DNA from: a bacterium CG10_46_32
GTDB taxonomy: Bacteria; Patescibacteriota; Patescibacteriia; UBA2169
NCBI GenBank assembly: GCA_001889965.1
Contig: MOEI01000012.1
Location: 1,170 to 65,169, forward strand
Reading direction: 5' to 3'
Length of the DNA: 64,000 nt
Every line of letters starts with the position of its first letter. Position 1 is the first letter of the stretch. The position numbers and the translations under genes were made by a program. This document shows, piece after piece, positions 34,051 to 43,677 of this stretch. Under the pieces are notes generated by a model, which had not been told where the DNA came from, searched no databases, and saw only the letters and a program-made list of their open reading frames with translations.

Positions 34051-34794
34051 CTTGCGCCGCAGTTCAAGCACGTGCTTGCCAATATCTCTGGCAATAGCAT
34101 CCGCAGACAAAAGAGCCCGCTTCCACTCAAGCGTGGGTGATGATTTTTTTTCTATGAGATTCAAAAGCGATTCACGCACGCGCTGTAAAAAAATTGCAGC
34201 CAAGCCATACGAGCGTATGCTAATTTCAATTTCCGTGCGAAACACGTGGGCACTCTCGTGTTCAAGCGCTTCTTCGTCTATGTCCAAGGCGTACGCTATT
34301 TTAGCGGAAACCAAAAGCGCGTTAATGGTTACCCGAAACACGTCGGAATCTTTTTCGCCACGATAATCATATAACGAGTGTCCAAGCTCGTGCAAATTAT
34401 TTGCCCACATAGTTGCGGATTGATACAGCGGATCATGTTCAAATGGAACAACCACTTCGTCATCAATAGCTTCAAGCTCTTCGCCATCTGAAAGTAATTC
34501 CGCAAGCTCGCTTGTATGTGGCAGTTCGGCGCCGCGGCCAAGAATCTCGGGGTGTTCAATTATTTTAAAGTATTCCTCAAAATCCCCGCTAAAAATCTCT
34601 TGCATGGTTTCATCGTGCTCAAAAAGCGTTTGGTGCTGTTCGCGCACAATATCCCGCTCGCTTTCCACTCCAAAACGCGAACGTTTTATTTGCGGCGCAA
34701 CCAAACGCTGCGCCGCAAACATATATGGATTGCGGGGCGATTGTGTGATGGATCGGATCAGTCGCTCAATGGGTTTTTGTGAGGGAGACGTCAT
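34030..34794 (-). CDS. hypothetical protein with HExxH motif (possible metallopeptidase-like)
   Basis: 254 aa with the motif NNLHELGHSLYDY. No other recognisable feature. Confidence 0.5.
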   Translation of the reverse strand: MTSPSQKPIERLIRSITQSPRNPYMFAAQRLVAPQIKRSRFGVESERDIVREQHQTLFEHDETMQEIFSGDFEEYFKIIEHPEILGRGAELPHTSELAELLSDGEELEAIDDEVVVPFEHDPLYQSATMWANNLHELGHSLYDYRGEKDSDVFRVTINALLVSAKIAYALDIDEEALEHESAHVFRTEIEISIRSYGLAAIFLQRVRESLLNLIEKKSSPTLEWKRALLSADAIARDIGKHVLELRRKLYPPRN

Positions 34795-35341
34795 AGAGTA
34801 TTTCCTCTAACCGCTTAAGATTGCGGCGGGCATCGTCTCGTTTTTGTCGCAATGCGCCACGCAAATTCATAGAAAGCAATACGCCGAATAATTCTTCGGT
34901 TGCATCACGATACTGTTTAATAGCTTTACGCTCACCACGCGTCACCTCGAGCGTTGCCGCGCGCACCAATTCTCCAGTAAGGTCAGAAAGTGCGGAAAGT
35001 TCTTCCTCTGCCCTTGTTTTAAATCCAGTTACAACGGACAGCGATTTTTTCTGCATCACGCGCAAAAGGTAGCTTGCTTCCAAAAATTCTTCCACAGCCG
35101 CTCCGAGCGTTGCCTCACCGCGCAACCCGGCTTTCTCGGCCACGTTGACCATGTGTTTGAGTTTGCGCCCAACTTCGGCCAAAGCCTTTTCTGCCTCCTT
35201 AATTTCGCCACGGTGCAACTTAAAAATAGCGTGCTTTGCCTCGCGCACCAGCGATCCAGTCTCCCGGATTATCCCCGCGCGCCCTGAATCCTGCTTTTCT
35301 ATCTGATTTTTGAGTTTTTTGATGAGTGATTGAGCTATCAT
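34766..35341 (-). CDS. helical hypothetical protein, possibly translin-like
   Basis: 191 aa from the ATG at 35341. All-helical, and LSDLTGELVRAAT resembles the translin DLTGEL motif. This is a tentative call. Confidence 0.45.
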   Translation of the reverse strand: MIAQSLIKKLKNQIEKQDSGRAGIIRETGSLVREAKHAIFKLHRGEIKEAEKALAEVGRKLKHMVNVAEKAGLRGEATLGAAVEEFLEASYLLRVMQKKSLSVVTGFKTRAEEELSALSDLTGELVRAATLEVTRGERKAIKQYRDATEELFGVLLSMNLRGALRQKRDDARRNLKRLEEILYDVSLTKTH

Positions 35342-35476
35342 ATAGGGACTATACCAGGCTTGTGATAAAACTTCAACCGCGCTATACTGGTTCACATTAT
35401 AGGCGACGTAAGGCGAGCGAAATACTATTGCCTTCAGTAATAGTATTTCCAAGCCAAGAAGCCAATATATACTAAT

Positions 35477-36535
35477 ATGTCATTCTCAATCGGAATCGTG
35501 GGCCTGCCCAATGTGGGCAAATCAACGCTGTTCAAAGCCTTGACCAAAAAGCAGGTTCCCGCTGAAAACTTCCCCTTCTGTACAATAGACCCCAATGTGG
35601 GTGTTGTTGCCGTTCCTGATGAGCGCCTAGAAAAGCTTGCTAAAATTTCCAACTCCGAAAAAATCCTTCCCACGACCATTGAGTTCGTGGATATTGCAGG
35701 ACTCGTAAAAGGCGCACACAAGGGTGAGGGTTTGGGTAATAAATTCCTGGCCAACATCCGCGAGACCGATGCTATTGCGCACGTGGTGCGCGATTTTAAA
35801 GATGGAAACGTAACACACGTAGAAAACCGAGTAGATCCGGAATCGGACGAAACAATCATCATGCTTGAACTTGCCATGGCAGATCTCTCCACAGTTGAAA
35901 AACGGATGAAAGATGCAGCAAGTCAAGCCAAGAGTGGAGACAAAGATGCAAAACATGCACTTGCCGCGCTTGAAAAAGTAAAAACAGAGTTAGACGCAGG
36001 CAAACCAGCACGAGGCGCTGACCTCACAAAGGACGAGCAGGAATCTATCCGCGAACTCCACTTGATTACTGCAAAACCCATGCTGCGCGTATTAAACGTA
36101 GATGAATCCGAAGCTACGCGCGAACCCGGGCAAGCGAACGAAGTCGTAATCTCCGCAAAAATAGAATCAGAACTTGCGGAACTTTCGTCGGAAGATGCCA
36201 AGGCGATGATGACAGACCTTGGCCTTAAAGCATCGGGGCTTGATAGGCTTATTACGGCATCCTATCGCTTGCTGAACCTCATCACCTTTCTTACCTCGGG
36301 CCCCATGGAAACAAGAGCTTGGACTGTTACCAATGGTGCAACCGCGCCACAAGCAGCCGGGGTCATCCACACTGATTTTGAAAAAGGCTTTATCCGCGCT
36401 GAAATAATTTCCTGCGAGGATTTTATTGAGTGCGCTGGAGAAACCGGCGCAAAAGAAAAAGGCAAAATGCACCTTGAAGGCAAGGAGTATATCATGAAAG
36501 ACGGGGATGTATGCTATTTTAGGCATAGCGGATGA
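35477..36535 (+). CDS. ychF: redox-regulated/ribosome-binding ATPase YchF
   Basis: [18 protein letters not shown], the TGS-like C-terminus [14 protein letters not shown] and [12 protein letters not shown]. Confidence 0.95.
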   Translation: MSFSIGIVGLPNVGKSTLFKALTKKQVPAENFPFCTIDPNVGVVAVPDERLEKLAKISNSEKILPTTIEFVDIAGLVKGAHKGEGLGNKFLANIRETDAIAHVVRDFKDGNVTHVENRVDPESDETIIMLELAMADLSTVEKRMKDAASQAKSGDKDAKHALAALEKVKTELDAGKPARGADLTKDEQESIRELHLITAKPMLRVLNVDESEATREPGQANEVVISAKIESELAELSSEDAKAMMTDLGLKASGLDRLITASYRLLNLITFLTSGPMETRAWTVTNGATAPQAAGVIHTDFEKGFIRAEIISCEDFIECAGETGAKEKGKMHLEGKEYIMKDGDVCYFRHSG

Positions 36536-36626
36536 GATCCTTCGTTCCACTCAGGATGACGCTGCGCGTCAGTTGTCCACTATTGCAAGCTGTTCCAAAG
36601 TTCTATAGTATTAAAATATCACTTGG

Positions 36627-36646
36627 AGGGCAATTGCCCTTTTTGT
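36627..36646 (+). terminator. short hairpin + T-run after ychF
   Basis: agggc-aatt-gccct followed by ttttgt. Confidence 0.45.
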
Positions 36647-36654
36647 ATTCACCC

Positions 36655-36942
36655 ATCACCGTGGAGAAGTCATTCGTGAAGAATGGTCGGGATTTTCGTT
36701 CCAACCACCACTTGCGGAGACTGATTATGCGATCGATCTGGAAAGCACAGTCACACTACAGCGTACTGCTCGGCAAAAAGCTCTCAACCACACTCTCTCG
36801 TTAGGAAAGGGGGTGATCATTCACTTGGGGTGGGGCCAACACCCCCTAGGGCGCACGTAAGCGCCTAAAATCCCCTGAGGCGAAAGCCTCTACGTAGATC
36901 ATGGGCCGGCAGGTACGTATCACCTTCCGGCTCATTTTTTTT
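36655..36942 (+). ncRNA. candidate unclassified structured RNA in the ORF-poor gap between convergent ychF and the methyltransferase gene
   Basis: About 290 nt with no convincing ORF. It has several GC hairpins (ggggtg..cacccc, ggcgc-acgtaa-gcgcc, the GNRA hairpin gaggc-GAAA-gcctc) and a strong plus-strand terminator at 36903-36942. Confidence 0.3.
36903..36942 (+). terminator. strong intrinsic terminator (plus strand)
   Basis: ggccggcaggt-acgtatc-accttccggc followed by tcatttttttt (T8). Confidence 0.7.
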
Positions 36943-38131
36943 CCAGAATCAAAATCTCTCGAAACACATGCTGGCCCTCACGGCCGTACCGGAGCGTACC
37001 TCGCTTTGAAAGTGGGTACGCGGTTTGAAATTGGCTTGGGTATGGTTCAACAAATTTCCAGCCAAGATCTGCGAGCGAATCAAATGCGGAAACAAACAAA
37101 CCATGCTCTTTAAAATACGGCCACGCGATCACGGCGCGCCCTTTTGGCTTCAGCACAGATCCCATAGATGCAAGCGCATCTGCGTAAAACGCGCTTAAAC
37201 TGCGCTCAATGCTTAACACTTTTGCCTCGGATTCATCTCCTTGTAAAGGCGGTCCAAGATCCACTTCGGCAACAATTGCATCAATTGATTCTTTTTCTAT
37301 TGATTGATCCAGTGTGCGCACGTCCGCCATTTCGATGCGCGGCAACGTGAGCTCTTTGTTTTGTTCTGCAATAAGCCATTCAATATTTTTCTTGGTGTCC
37401 CGAATTGCTCCCTCGTCAATATCAGTTCCTATGGCGCGATGCCCGAGCAACAGCGCTTCTTGCAGTACGGTGCCAACCCCGCAAAATGGATCCAAAATCA
37501 AAGATTCTTTTGGCACGCCAGAAAGGTTAATCATAGCGCGTGCAAGCTTTGGGGGAAGCATGCCTGCGGCCGCGTTTCTGCCTGGCCGGCCATAGTCCCG
37601 CTCCGAATACGCTTCAAACGGCTGCACTGCCTGCGTTTTTCCAATTAAATATTTTCCGTTTGCCGCAAAAATACATAGCTCAACTCCTTTGTCTAAAAGT
37701 TTATTTTTTACCACATCAACCGAGGAAAGATTTCCGCTTCCGGATTCAACCAAACGAACGGATACGCCTTTTTGTTTTAGTATCTTTTTGATCTCAAGCC
37801 CCAGTGCCTTAAGGCGCTCTCTACTTAAACCTTGCCCCGAAATAGTGTACCAGCTCAATCCAAAATGAAACTTCTGATTTGGCACAATATATGTTTCAAG
37901 AATCACAGCAAGGCTGGAAGCGTTAAAACCCGCGCCATCTTTGATAATGGCTCCGGATTTAGGAATGCCACCCAAAAAAAGAGGAGCAGACTTGCCCAAT
38001 AATGCATCATCCACAATAACCGCGTTTGGACCACATAACGGCAAAATCGCCTGATTTCTGCCTAAAAACTGAAATATTTCCGCGAATGAAATACTTGGGT
38101 TACTGCCTAAAATTAAAAAAGATTGTTCCAT
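36932..38131 (-). CDS. SAM-dependent RNA methyltransferase (THUMP/Trm11-RlmL-like N-terminus + class I MTase)
   Basis: The SAM-binding motif ILDPFCGVGTVLQEALLLG and a downstream DLGPP-type (D/N-PPY-like) motif. The start is at MEQSFLILG. Confidence 0.7.
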   Translation of the reverse strand: MEQSFLILGSNPSISFAEIFQFLGRNQAILPLCGPNAVIVDDALLGKSAPLFLGGIPKSGAIIKDGAGFNASSLAVILETYIVPNQKFHFGLSWYTISGQGLSRERLKALGLEIKKILKQKGVSVRLVESGSGNLSSVDVVKNKLLDKGVELCIFAANGKYLIGKTQAVQPFEAYSERDYGRPGRNAAAGMLPPKLARAMINLSGVPKESLILDPFCGVGTVLQEALLLGHRAIGTDIDEGAIRDTKKNIEWLIAEQNKELTLPRIEMADVRTLDQSIEKESIDAIVAEVDLGPPLQGDESEAKVLSIERSLSAFYADALASMGSVLKPKGRAVIAWPYFKEHGLFVSAFDSLADLGWKFVEPYPSQFQTAYPLSKRGTLRYGREGQHVFREILILEKK

Positions 38132-38180
38132 ATACCTGGTATACTTGCACACTTTTTGAAGTTATGGTAGTGTTTCCACT

Positions 38181-38690
38181 ATGAAACCATACGAATTATG
38201 TGTACTATTCGCGGGAAGCATTGCACCCGCAGAACTCGCGGAGAACGTCAAAAAAGTAGAGCAGCTTCTTGCTGATGCCAAGATTGAGGTGTCATGTACC
38301 CATACTATCGGCCGCAAAAAACTCGCCTACACTATTGCCGGACAAACGCACGGTGAATACTTAGTGTGGCTCTTCCAGGCCGAACCCGCAGTAATCCCAC
38401 CGCTCAATGGAAAGCTTCGACTTGCTTCGTTTGTTGTCCGACACGCCATTGAGAAACTTGAATATGTAACCATAGAGGAACGAGTCCAGGGATTACAAGA
38501 TACAAAGGCTGGCAAGTCCGCGGCGCGCGATGAGGAAGAGGATGAAGTTGAGGAAGAAAAATCACCGGTGGCACACAGCTATACCAAAAAAACAGTTGAA
38601 CCAATAGAGCATAAAAAAGAAGAGAAAAAAGTGAGCCTAGAAGATCTCGATGAAAAGCTTGATGAAATACTGGAAAGTGATAAACTGTAA
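38181..38690 (+). CDS. rpsF: 30S ribosomal protein S6 with long acidic C-terminal tail
   Basis: MKPYELCVLF...GRKKLAYTIAGQTHGEYLVWLF, within the context rpsF-ssb-rpsR. Confidence 0.9.
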   Translation: MKPYELCVLFAGSIAPAELAENVKKVEQLLADAKIEVSCTHTIGRKKLAYTIAGQTHGEYLVWLFQAEPAVIPPLNGKLRLASFVVRHAIEKLEYVTIEERVQGLQDTKAGKSAARDEEEDEVEEEKSPVAHSYTKKTVEPIEHKKEEKKVSLEDLDEKLDEILESDKL

Positions 38691-38700
38691 ATAAGTCGTC

Positions 38701-38721
38701 ATGCTGAACTTGTTTCAGCAT
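38701..38721. repeat. 8-bp-stem hairpin ATGCTGAA-cttgt-TTCAGCAT (family copy 2)
   Basis: Same loop and stem as 8631-8651, with a compensatory T:A to G:C change. Confidence 0.6.
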
Positions 38722-38750
38722 CTGGCTGTTATCACTAACCGTCAAAACAT

Positions 38751-39194
38751 ATGGATTTAAATAAAGTCATGCTCATCGGCAATATTACCCAGGATCCAGA
38801 AGTGCGCACCACGCCAAGCGGTGTCTCAGTTACCAGCTTTGGACTTGCCACGAACCTTGTGTGGACTGACCAGCAAGGACAAAAACAAGAAAAAGCTGAA
38901 TTTCACAACATTGTCGCATGGAGAAAGCTTGCCGAAATCATGGGGCAGTACCTACATAAAGGATCGAAGGTCTATATCGAAGGAAGATTGCAAACAAGCT
39001 CCTGGGACGACCAATCCGGCAACAAGCGGTACCGCACCGAAGTAATCGCAGACAACATGATCATGTTGGATCGCAAAGGCCAGAGCCCAAGCCCAGCAAG
39101 TAGCGCGCCTGCGTATACTCCGCAAGAACCTCCAATCATACAGGTTCCCCAAAGCACCGAAGAAGAAATCAGCGTAGAAGATATTCCATTTTAA
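38751..39194 (+). CDS. ssb: single-stranded DNA-binding protein
   Basis: MDLNKVMLIGNITQDPEVRTTPSG...FHNIVAWRKLAE and the acidic tail EDIPF. Confidence 0.95.
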   Translation: MDLNKVMLIGNITQDPEVRTTPSGVSVTSFGLATNLVWTDQQGQKQEKAEFHNIVAWRKLAEIMGQYLHKGSKVYIEGRLQTSSWDDQSGNKRYRTEVIADNMIMLDRKGQSPSPASSAPAYTPQEPPIIQVPQSTEEEISVEDIPF

Positions 39195-39227
39195 ACCAAT
39201 TGATAGGAAACCATCGAAAGATTACCT

Positions 39228-39452
39228 ATGCCAACCCCACAAGCTACAAAGGAAAAAGGATGCTTTATCTGCAAGAATGCCGTAAAAAACGTCGACTACA
39301 AGGACGTTGATTTACTAAAGCGCTTTGCGAGCGCCCAAGGCAAAATTACCCCTAAAAAGCGTTCTGGTACCTGCACAAAGCACCAACGCGTTGTTGCGAA
39401 TGCCATCAAGAATTCACGCATCATGGGCTTTATGCCGTTTGTGGTTGAATAA
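39228..39452 (+). CDS. rpsR: 30S ribosomal protein S18
   Basis: CFICKNAVKNVDYKDVDLLKRFASAQGKITPKKRSGTCTKHQR. Confidence 0.95.
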   Translation: MPTPQATKEKGCFICKNAVKNVDYKDVDLLKRFASAQGKITPKKRSGTCTKHQRVVANAIKNSRIMGFMPFVVE

Positions 39453-39464
39453 TCTGACACTACT

Positions 39465-39497
39465 AAAAACCCCGCCTCACATGAGGCGGGGTTTTTT
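39465..39497. terminator. bidirectional intrinsic terminator between rpsR and recA
   Basis: aaaaaccccgcctc-acat-gaggcggggttttt. Confidence 0.8.
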
Positions 39498-39501
39498 AAA
39501 T

Positions 39502-40515
39502 CTATAATTCTTTCTCTTTCGCAAACGCCTCCCACACCTGCTTGCGCGCTTTTTCGTACACCTTAGGATTTTCACGAAGATAGGTTTTGGCAGTTTCACG
39601 GCCAACGCCTAATTTTTCCTCTTCGTAGGTATAGGAATTCCCATTCTTCCTGATTATTTCACGCGCCACGGCAACATCCAACAGATCGCCTTCTTTGGAA
39701 ATGCCTTGGTTGTACATAATATCAAACTCCGTGGTCTGGAACGGAGCAGCTACTTTGTTCTTGACGACCTTTGCCTTAACACGGTTGCCGATAATCTTAT
39801 CACCCTGCTTAATCTGCGCGGCTCTGCGGACTTCAATGCGCACGGACGAATAAAACTTCAACGCATTGCCGCCAGACGTTACCTCTGGGTTTCCGAACAT
39901 CACGCCAATTTTGTGCCGAATTTGGTTGATAAAAATCACGCACGTATGGCTCTTGGAAACAATTGAGGTAAGCTTGCGCAACGCCTGGGACATGAGCCTC
40001 GCCTGCAAGCCCATATGGTGGTCCCCCATTTCTCCTTCAATCTCAGCTTTGGGGGTAAGCGCGGCAACGCTATCTACCACTATCACGTCGATTGCGTTTG
40101 AGCGCACTAATGTCTCTACAATATCAAGCGCCTGCTCTCCATTGTCCGGCTGGCTGATAAGCAAATCATCCACCTTCACGCCAATTTTGCGCGCGTAATC
40201 CGGATCCAAGGCATGCTCCGCGTCAACAAATGCGGCAGTGCCACCCAGCTTTTGGAACTCAGCCACAATATGCTGAGAGAGCGTAGTCTTGCCCGAGGCC
40301 TCAGGCCCGAAAATTTCAATGACCCTTCCGCGCGGCACGCCACCCACGCCAAGAGCAATATCCAACGAAAGGCAACCCGTAGAAACAGCGTCCACATCCA
40401 TGTGGGTCGCCTCCCCGAACCGCATAATAATACCCTCGCCGAACCGTTCTTTTATTTGTTTTACCGCCTCATCAATCACTAGATTTTTTCCTGTTTGATC
40501 TTCTTTTGTTGGCAT
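39502..40515 (-). CDS. recA: recombinase RecA
   Basis: [31 protein letters not shown] and VVDSVAAL. Confidence 0.97.
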   Translation of the reverse strand: MPTKEDQTGKNLVIDEAVKQIKERFGEGIIMRFGEATHMDVDAVSTGCLSLDIALGVGGVPRGRVIEIFGPEASGKTTLSQHIVAEFQKLGGTAAFVDAEHALDPDYARKIGVKVDDLLISQPDNGEQALDIVETLVRSNAIDVIVVDSVAALTPKAEIEGEMGDHHMGLQARLMSQALRKLTSIVSKSHTCVIFINQIRHKIGVMFGNPEVTSGGNALKFYSSVRIEVRRAAQIKQGDKIIGNRVKAKVVKNKVAAPFQTTEFDIMYNQGISKEGDLLDVAVAREIIRKNGNSYTYEEEKLGVGRETAKTYLRENPKVYEKARKQVWEAFAKEKEL

Positions 40516-40548
40516 AGGATTTAATATTACAAAATTAGTATATTCTTA

Positions 40549-41253
40549 CTACAAATTATTATTCACCACTAAACCTTTTGGAGCGCGCCGTTGTACAAGT
40601 ACAGCGCGATACACCGTGTTTTCTTTTCCAGCACGACCCAACGCAGTAATGCGCAACACATGGTACCCTGGAGCCAGGCTAAGTGTTTCCAAAAATGATC
40701 CATCTTGTTCCATGGGCACAGATTCGCCATTCAGCAAAATAGATCGTGTACCACGAGCAGTGCCGCTGATAACCACTTTTGAATTTTGAGTTTCAGAGTA
40801 CTCGGTAGGGGAAGCAACCTCAAGATTAGGAGATCCAAGTACGCTCTTGCCAAATAACACGGCATACCAGGAAAACGCTAAAACCACAGAAAAGGCTGCA
40901 ATGCGGCCGATCCAACGTGCATTCGGTCGAGCAACGCGAGGATTTGTAAATAAACGCCATGCCTGCTCGTGCGGCTGGATAGTTTTGCGTTCTGCGCGGT
41001 ACAATCGGCTCGCCTTTTCTGGATCCATGCGCAGTGCCGTAGCATAGCGCTTAATAAACTCAAGGCAATAAATCTCGCCAGGAAGTTCGGCATATGATCC
41101 AGACTCAATTGCCTCTAAATATACCCGCTTAATACGCAAAAACTTCGAAAGAGAATCAAGCGAAAGCCCGGCGCCTTCACGCACCTTACCAAGCTGCTCT
41201 CCAATAGTTTGGGTTGAAATAATCTGTTTTGATACAAAAGAATTCATATGCAA
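40549..41253 (-). CDS. HTH (XRE-type) membrane protein, RodZ-like
   Basis: An N-terminal HTH (IGEQLGKVREGAGLSLDSLSKFLRI), a single TM helix and an extracellular beta-rich C-terminus. Confidence 0.7.
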   Translation of the reverse strand: MHMNSFVSKQIISTQTIGEQLGKVREGAGLSLDSLSKFLRIKRVYLEAIESGSYAELPGEIYCLEFIKRYATALRMDPEKASRLYRAERKTIQPHEQAWRLFTNPRVARPNARWIGRIAAFSVVLAFSWYAVLFGKSVLGSPNLEVASPTEYSETQNSKVVISGTARGTRSILLNGESVPMEQDGSFLETLSLAPGYHVLRITALGRAGKENTVYRAVLVQRRAPKGLVVNNNL

Positions 41254-41265
41254 AATAATGGAAAA

Positions 41266-43611
41266 TTAGTATCGGTCAGCAGGTGTTTCCTCTTCTTTGT
41301 CTGGCGCTTCTGTTTCTATTTCTTCTTCGTCAACCGCATCTGCGCCACCTACCTCCTCAGGATACTCTGCGTCTGGCGCACTAGGAGTACTGGAGGTAAT
41401 TAAAATTTCGCGTGGCCGAGCTCCATCTGCCGGACCGATAATGCCTTCTGCTTCAAGTAAATCCAAAATCCGAGCAGCGCGAGCATAACCAACGCGCAAT
41501 CGCCGTTGCAAAAGCGAAGCCGAAGCTTTGCCGGCTCGGACTACTTCATCACGCGCTTCATCATATAGATCATCTTCCCCGCTTGATCCAGAATCGCCCC
41601 CAAGCGTAGTAATACCACGCTGGCGCTCCACGATTTCGTCTTGGTACTCGACTTCTCCATCTTGCTCTTTAAGAAAATTCACCACGCGCTCAATTTCCGC
41701 ATCATCCAAAAACGGGCCTTGCAATCTTCGTGGTTTATTGGAGTCTGAGCCAGTGAACAACATGTCTCCTCTACCTAACAGTTTTTCCGCGCCCGCAACA
41801 TCTAAAATGGTGCGCGAGTCAATCTGCGATGGCACGGCAAACGCAATGCGCGAAGGGACGTTTGCTTTAATAAGCCCGGTGAGCACGTTTACTGAAGGGC
41901 GCTGAGTGGCAAGTACCAAGTGGATACCAACCGCACGCGCCATCTGCGCGAGCCGCACAATGGCGCCTTCAACCTCGTTTGCGGCAACTGCCATTAAATC
42001 TGCAAGCTCGTCGATCACAAATACAATAGTAGGAATGGTTTCGTTTTTATTAGCTTCGTTATAGGATTCTATGTTGCGTTTTCCACGATTCGAAAGCAGT
42101 TGATACCTGCGCTCCATTTCGCCCACCACCCACTTGAGAGCATTTACGGTTTTTTTAACATCCGTAATCACTGGAGTTAATAGGTAGGGGATATCATTAT
42201 ACATGGTGAGTTCTACTTTTTTCGGGTCAACCAACACGAACTTGAGGTCATCAGGAGAATTCTGGTACATAAGGCTCACAATAAGGGTATTGATGGCAAC
42301 GCTCTTGCCGGAACCTGTTGAGCCTGCAATCAAAAGGTGGGGCATTTTTGCCAAATCCGCGATCCATGCTTTCCCAGAAACGTCCTTGCCAAGACAAATA
42401 GAAAGGTTGTTGCTCCGTGTCTTAAATGCGGAAGAAAGCAGAATATCCTTGAGCTTTACTTTAGCTGCAGCTTTATTAGGAAGCTCAATGCCTACTAATG
42501 ACTTACCAGGAATCGGCGCCTCCATGCGCAACGGATGCGCAGCCAACGCAAGCGAAAGTTCGTTGGAAAGTCCAGTGATGCGGGAAAGTTTTACCCCAAC
42601 TGGTGGGCGCAATGTGTACTGAGTTACGGTTGGACCGACGTTTACTTCGCCCATTTCCACATTAATGCCAAACGTGGCAAACGTCTTCTCTATGTTCTCT
42701 CGGGTCGCATCAACATCAACTGCGCTTGGCTTTTCCAAGCTACTCTCAAGCAAATCAATAGGAATACTAATACGGTTTCTCCTTTTTTTAGCGACGACTG
42801 GCGCTTTCTCGGGCACTTCATCATCAGATACCGCTTCTTCGCTGGTAGTTTCTTCTTCGGCTTCCTCGGATTCTTCTTCGCCCTCTGTTTCTTGCTCTAA
42901 AGCACTGTCCCCGCCTGCAGGAACTTCATTGTATTCACGACGATACTTCCAGACGCGTAATTTTTCAAACAATCGGCTCAATAATCCGGATTGCGCCTCT
43001 ATGACTACTTCTTCTGATTCCGCTTCTTTTTCGGCATCTTCTTCGTCTTCTTCTGATTCGCCGAACAACAAGCTAGAAAGCGAGAGCACTAAACCAACAG
43101 CTGCAATAACTCCCAAAAACACCCATGCGCCCCAATAGCCTGCAATTAAGCTAAACGGGTACTGTAGGGCAAACCCTACATACCCGCCGCCAATACCTGA
43201 AGCTGCGGCGCTCAGGTTATCATCAAAATTCGCAGCATGATGCAAAATCCCGAGTAATGAGCCAAAAAATAAAAATACGCCTACAATCTGCCATCGATTC
43301 AGGCGATAACTGATTTCTTTAAGTAATAGCAGTGCGATAATGGTTAAAAAAATCGGAAATGCATACGCACCCCAGCCAAACGAACGCGCGAGCACTTCTT
43401 TGCCCTGAAGCCCGAATGGGCCAGCTAAATCAAAAAATGCGAGTATCGAAAGCATGCTAGCGGCAAGCAGAATAATTACCAAAATCGCGGTCTTTATGGC
43501 CGGCGAAATAACTGATTCTTCGTCTGTGTCATTGTACGATTTGGTACGCCGACGCTTTCTCTGATACTCTCGCTGGTAGGCTCTTTGTTTCGCTTTGTTG
43601 GTGAATGGCAT
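41266..43611 (-). CDS. ftsK: DNA translocase FtsK/SpoIIIE
   Basis: N-terminal TM helices, an acidic linker, Walker A AGSTGSGKSV, VIDELADLM and the gamma wHTH (ASASLLQRRLRVGYARAARILD). Confidence 0.95.
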   Translation of the reverse strand: MPFTNKAKQRAYQREYQRKRRRTKSYNDTDEESVISPAIKTAILVIILLAASMLSILAFFDLAGPFGLQGKEVLARSFGWGAYAFPIFLTIIALLLLKEISYRLNRWQIVGVFLFFGSLLGILHHAANFDDNLSAAASGIGGGYVGFALQYPFSLIAGYWGAWVFLGVIAAVGLVLSLSSLLFGESEEDEEDAEKEAESEEVVIEAQSGLLSRLFEKLRVWKYRREYNEVPAGGDSALEQETEGEEESEEAEEETTSEEAVSDDEVPEKAPVVAKKRRNRISIPIDLLESSLEKPSAVDVDATRENIEKTFATFGINVEMGEVNVGPTVTQYTLRPPVGVKLSRITGLSNELSLALAAHPLRMEAPIPGKSLVGIELPNKAAAKVKLKDILLSSAFKTRSNNLSICLGKDVSGKAWIADLAKMPHLLIAGSTGSGKSVAINTLIVSLMYQNSPDDLKFVLVDPKKVELTMYNDIPYLLTPVITDVKKTVNALKWVVGEMERRYQLLSNRGKRNIESYNEANKNETIPTIVFVIDELADLMAVAANEVEGAIVRLAQMARAVGIHLVLATQRPSVNVLTGLIKANVPSRIAFAVPSQIDSRTILDVAGAEKLLGRGDMLFTGSDSNKPRRLQGPFLDDAEIERVVNFLKEQDGEVEYQDEIVERQRGITTLGGDSGSSGEDDLYDEARDEVVRAGKASASLLQRRLRVGYARAARILDLLEAEGIIGPADGARPREILITSSTPSAPDAEYPEEVGGADAVDEEEIETEAPDKEEETPADRY

Positions 43612-43677
43612 GGACTTTATTATACCAAAAATACTACCCCTATAACAAGGATGGTACTGTCTTTAATATTTCTTTGA

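Noticed and set aside
36532-36804. 90-aa plus-strand ORF right after ychF
   Set aside because: It starts inside the ychF stop region and has no SD. Its composition and sequence look random, and it spans hairpin-rich DNA.
36655-36942. RNase P RNA, tmRNA, SRP RNA or 6S RNA in the ychF-methyltransferase gap
   Set aside because: By-eye checks for the universally conserved blocks failed. There is AGGAAAGGGGG but no GGAAAGUCC plus ACAGAA..CGGCUUA pair. There is no tRNA-like CCA end and no GGAAGCAGC helix-8 motif. It is kept only as an unclassified candidate.
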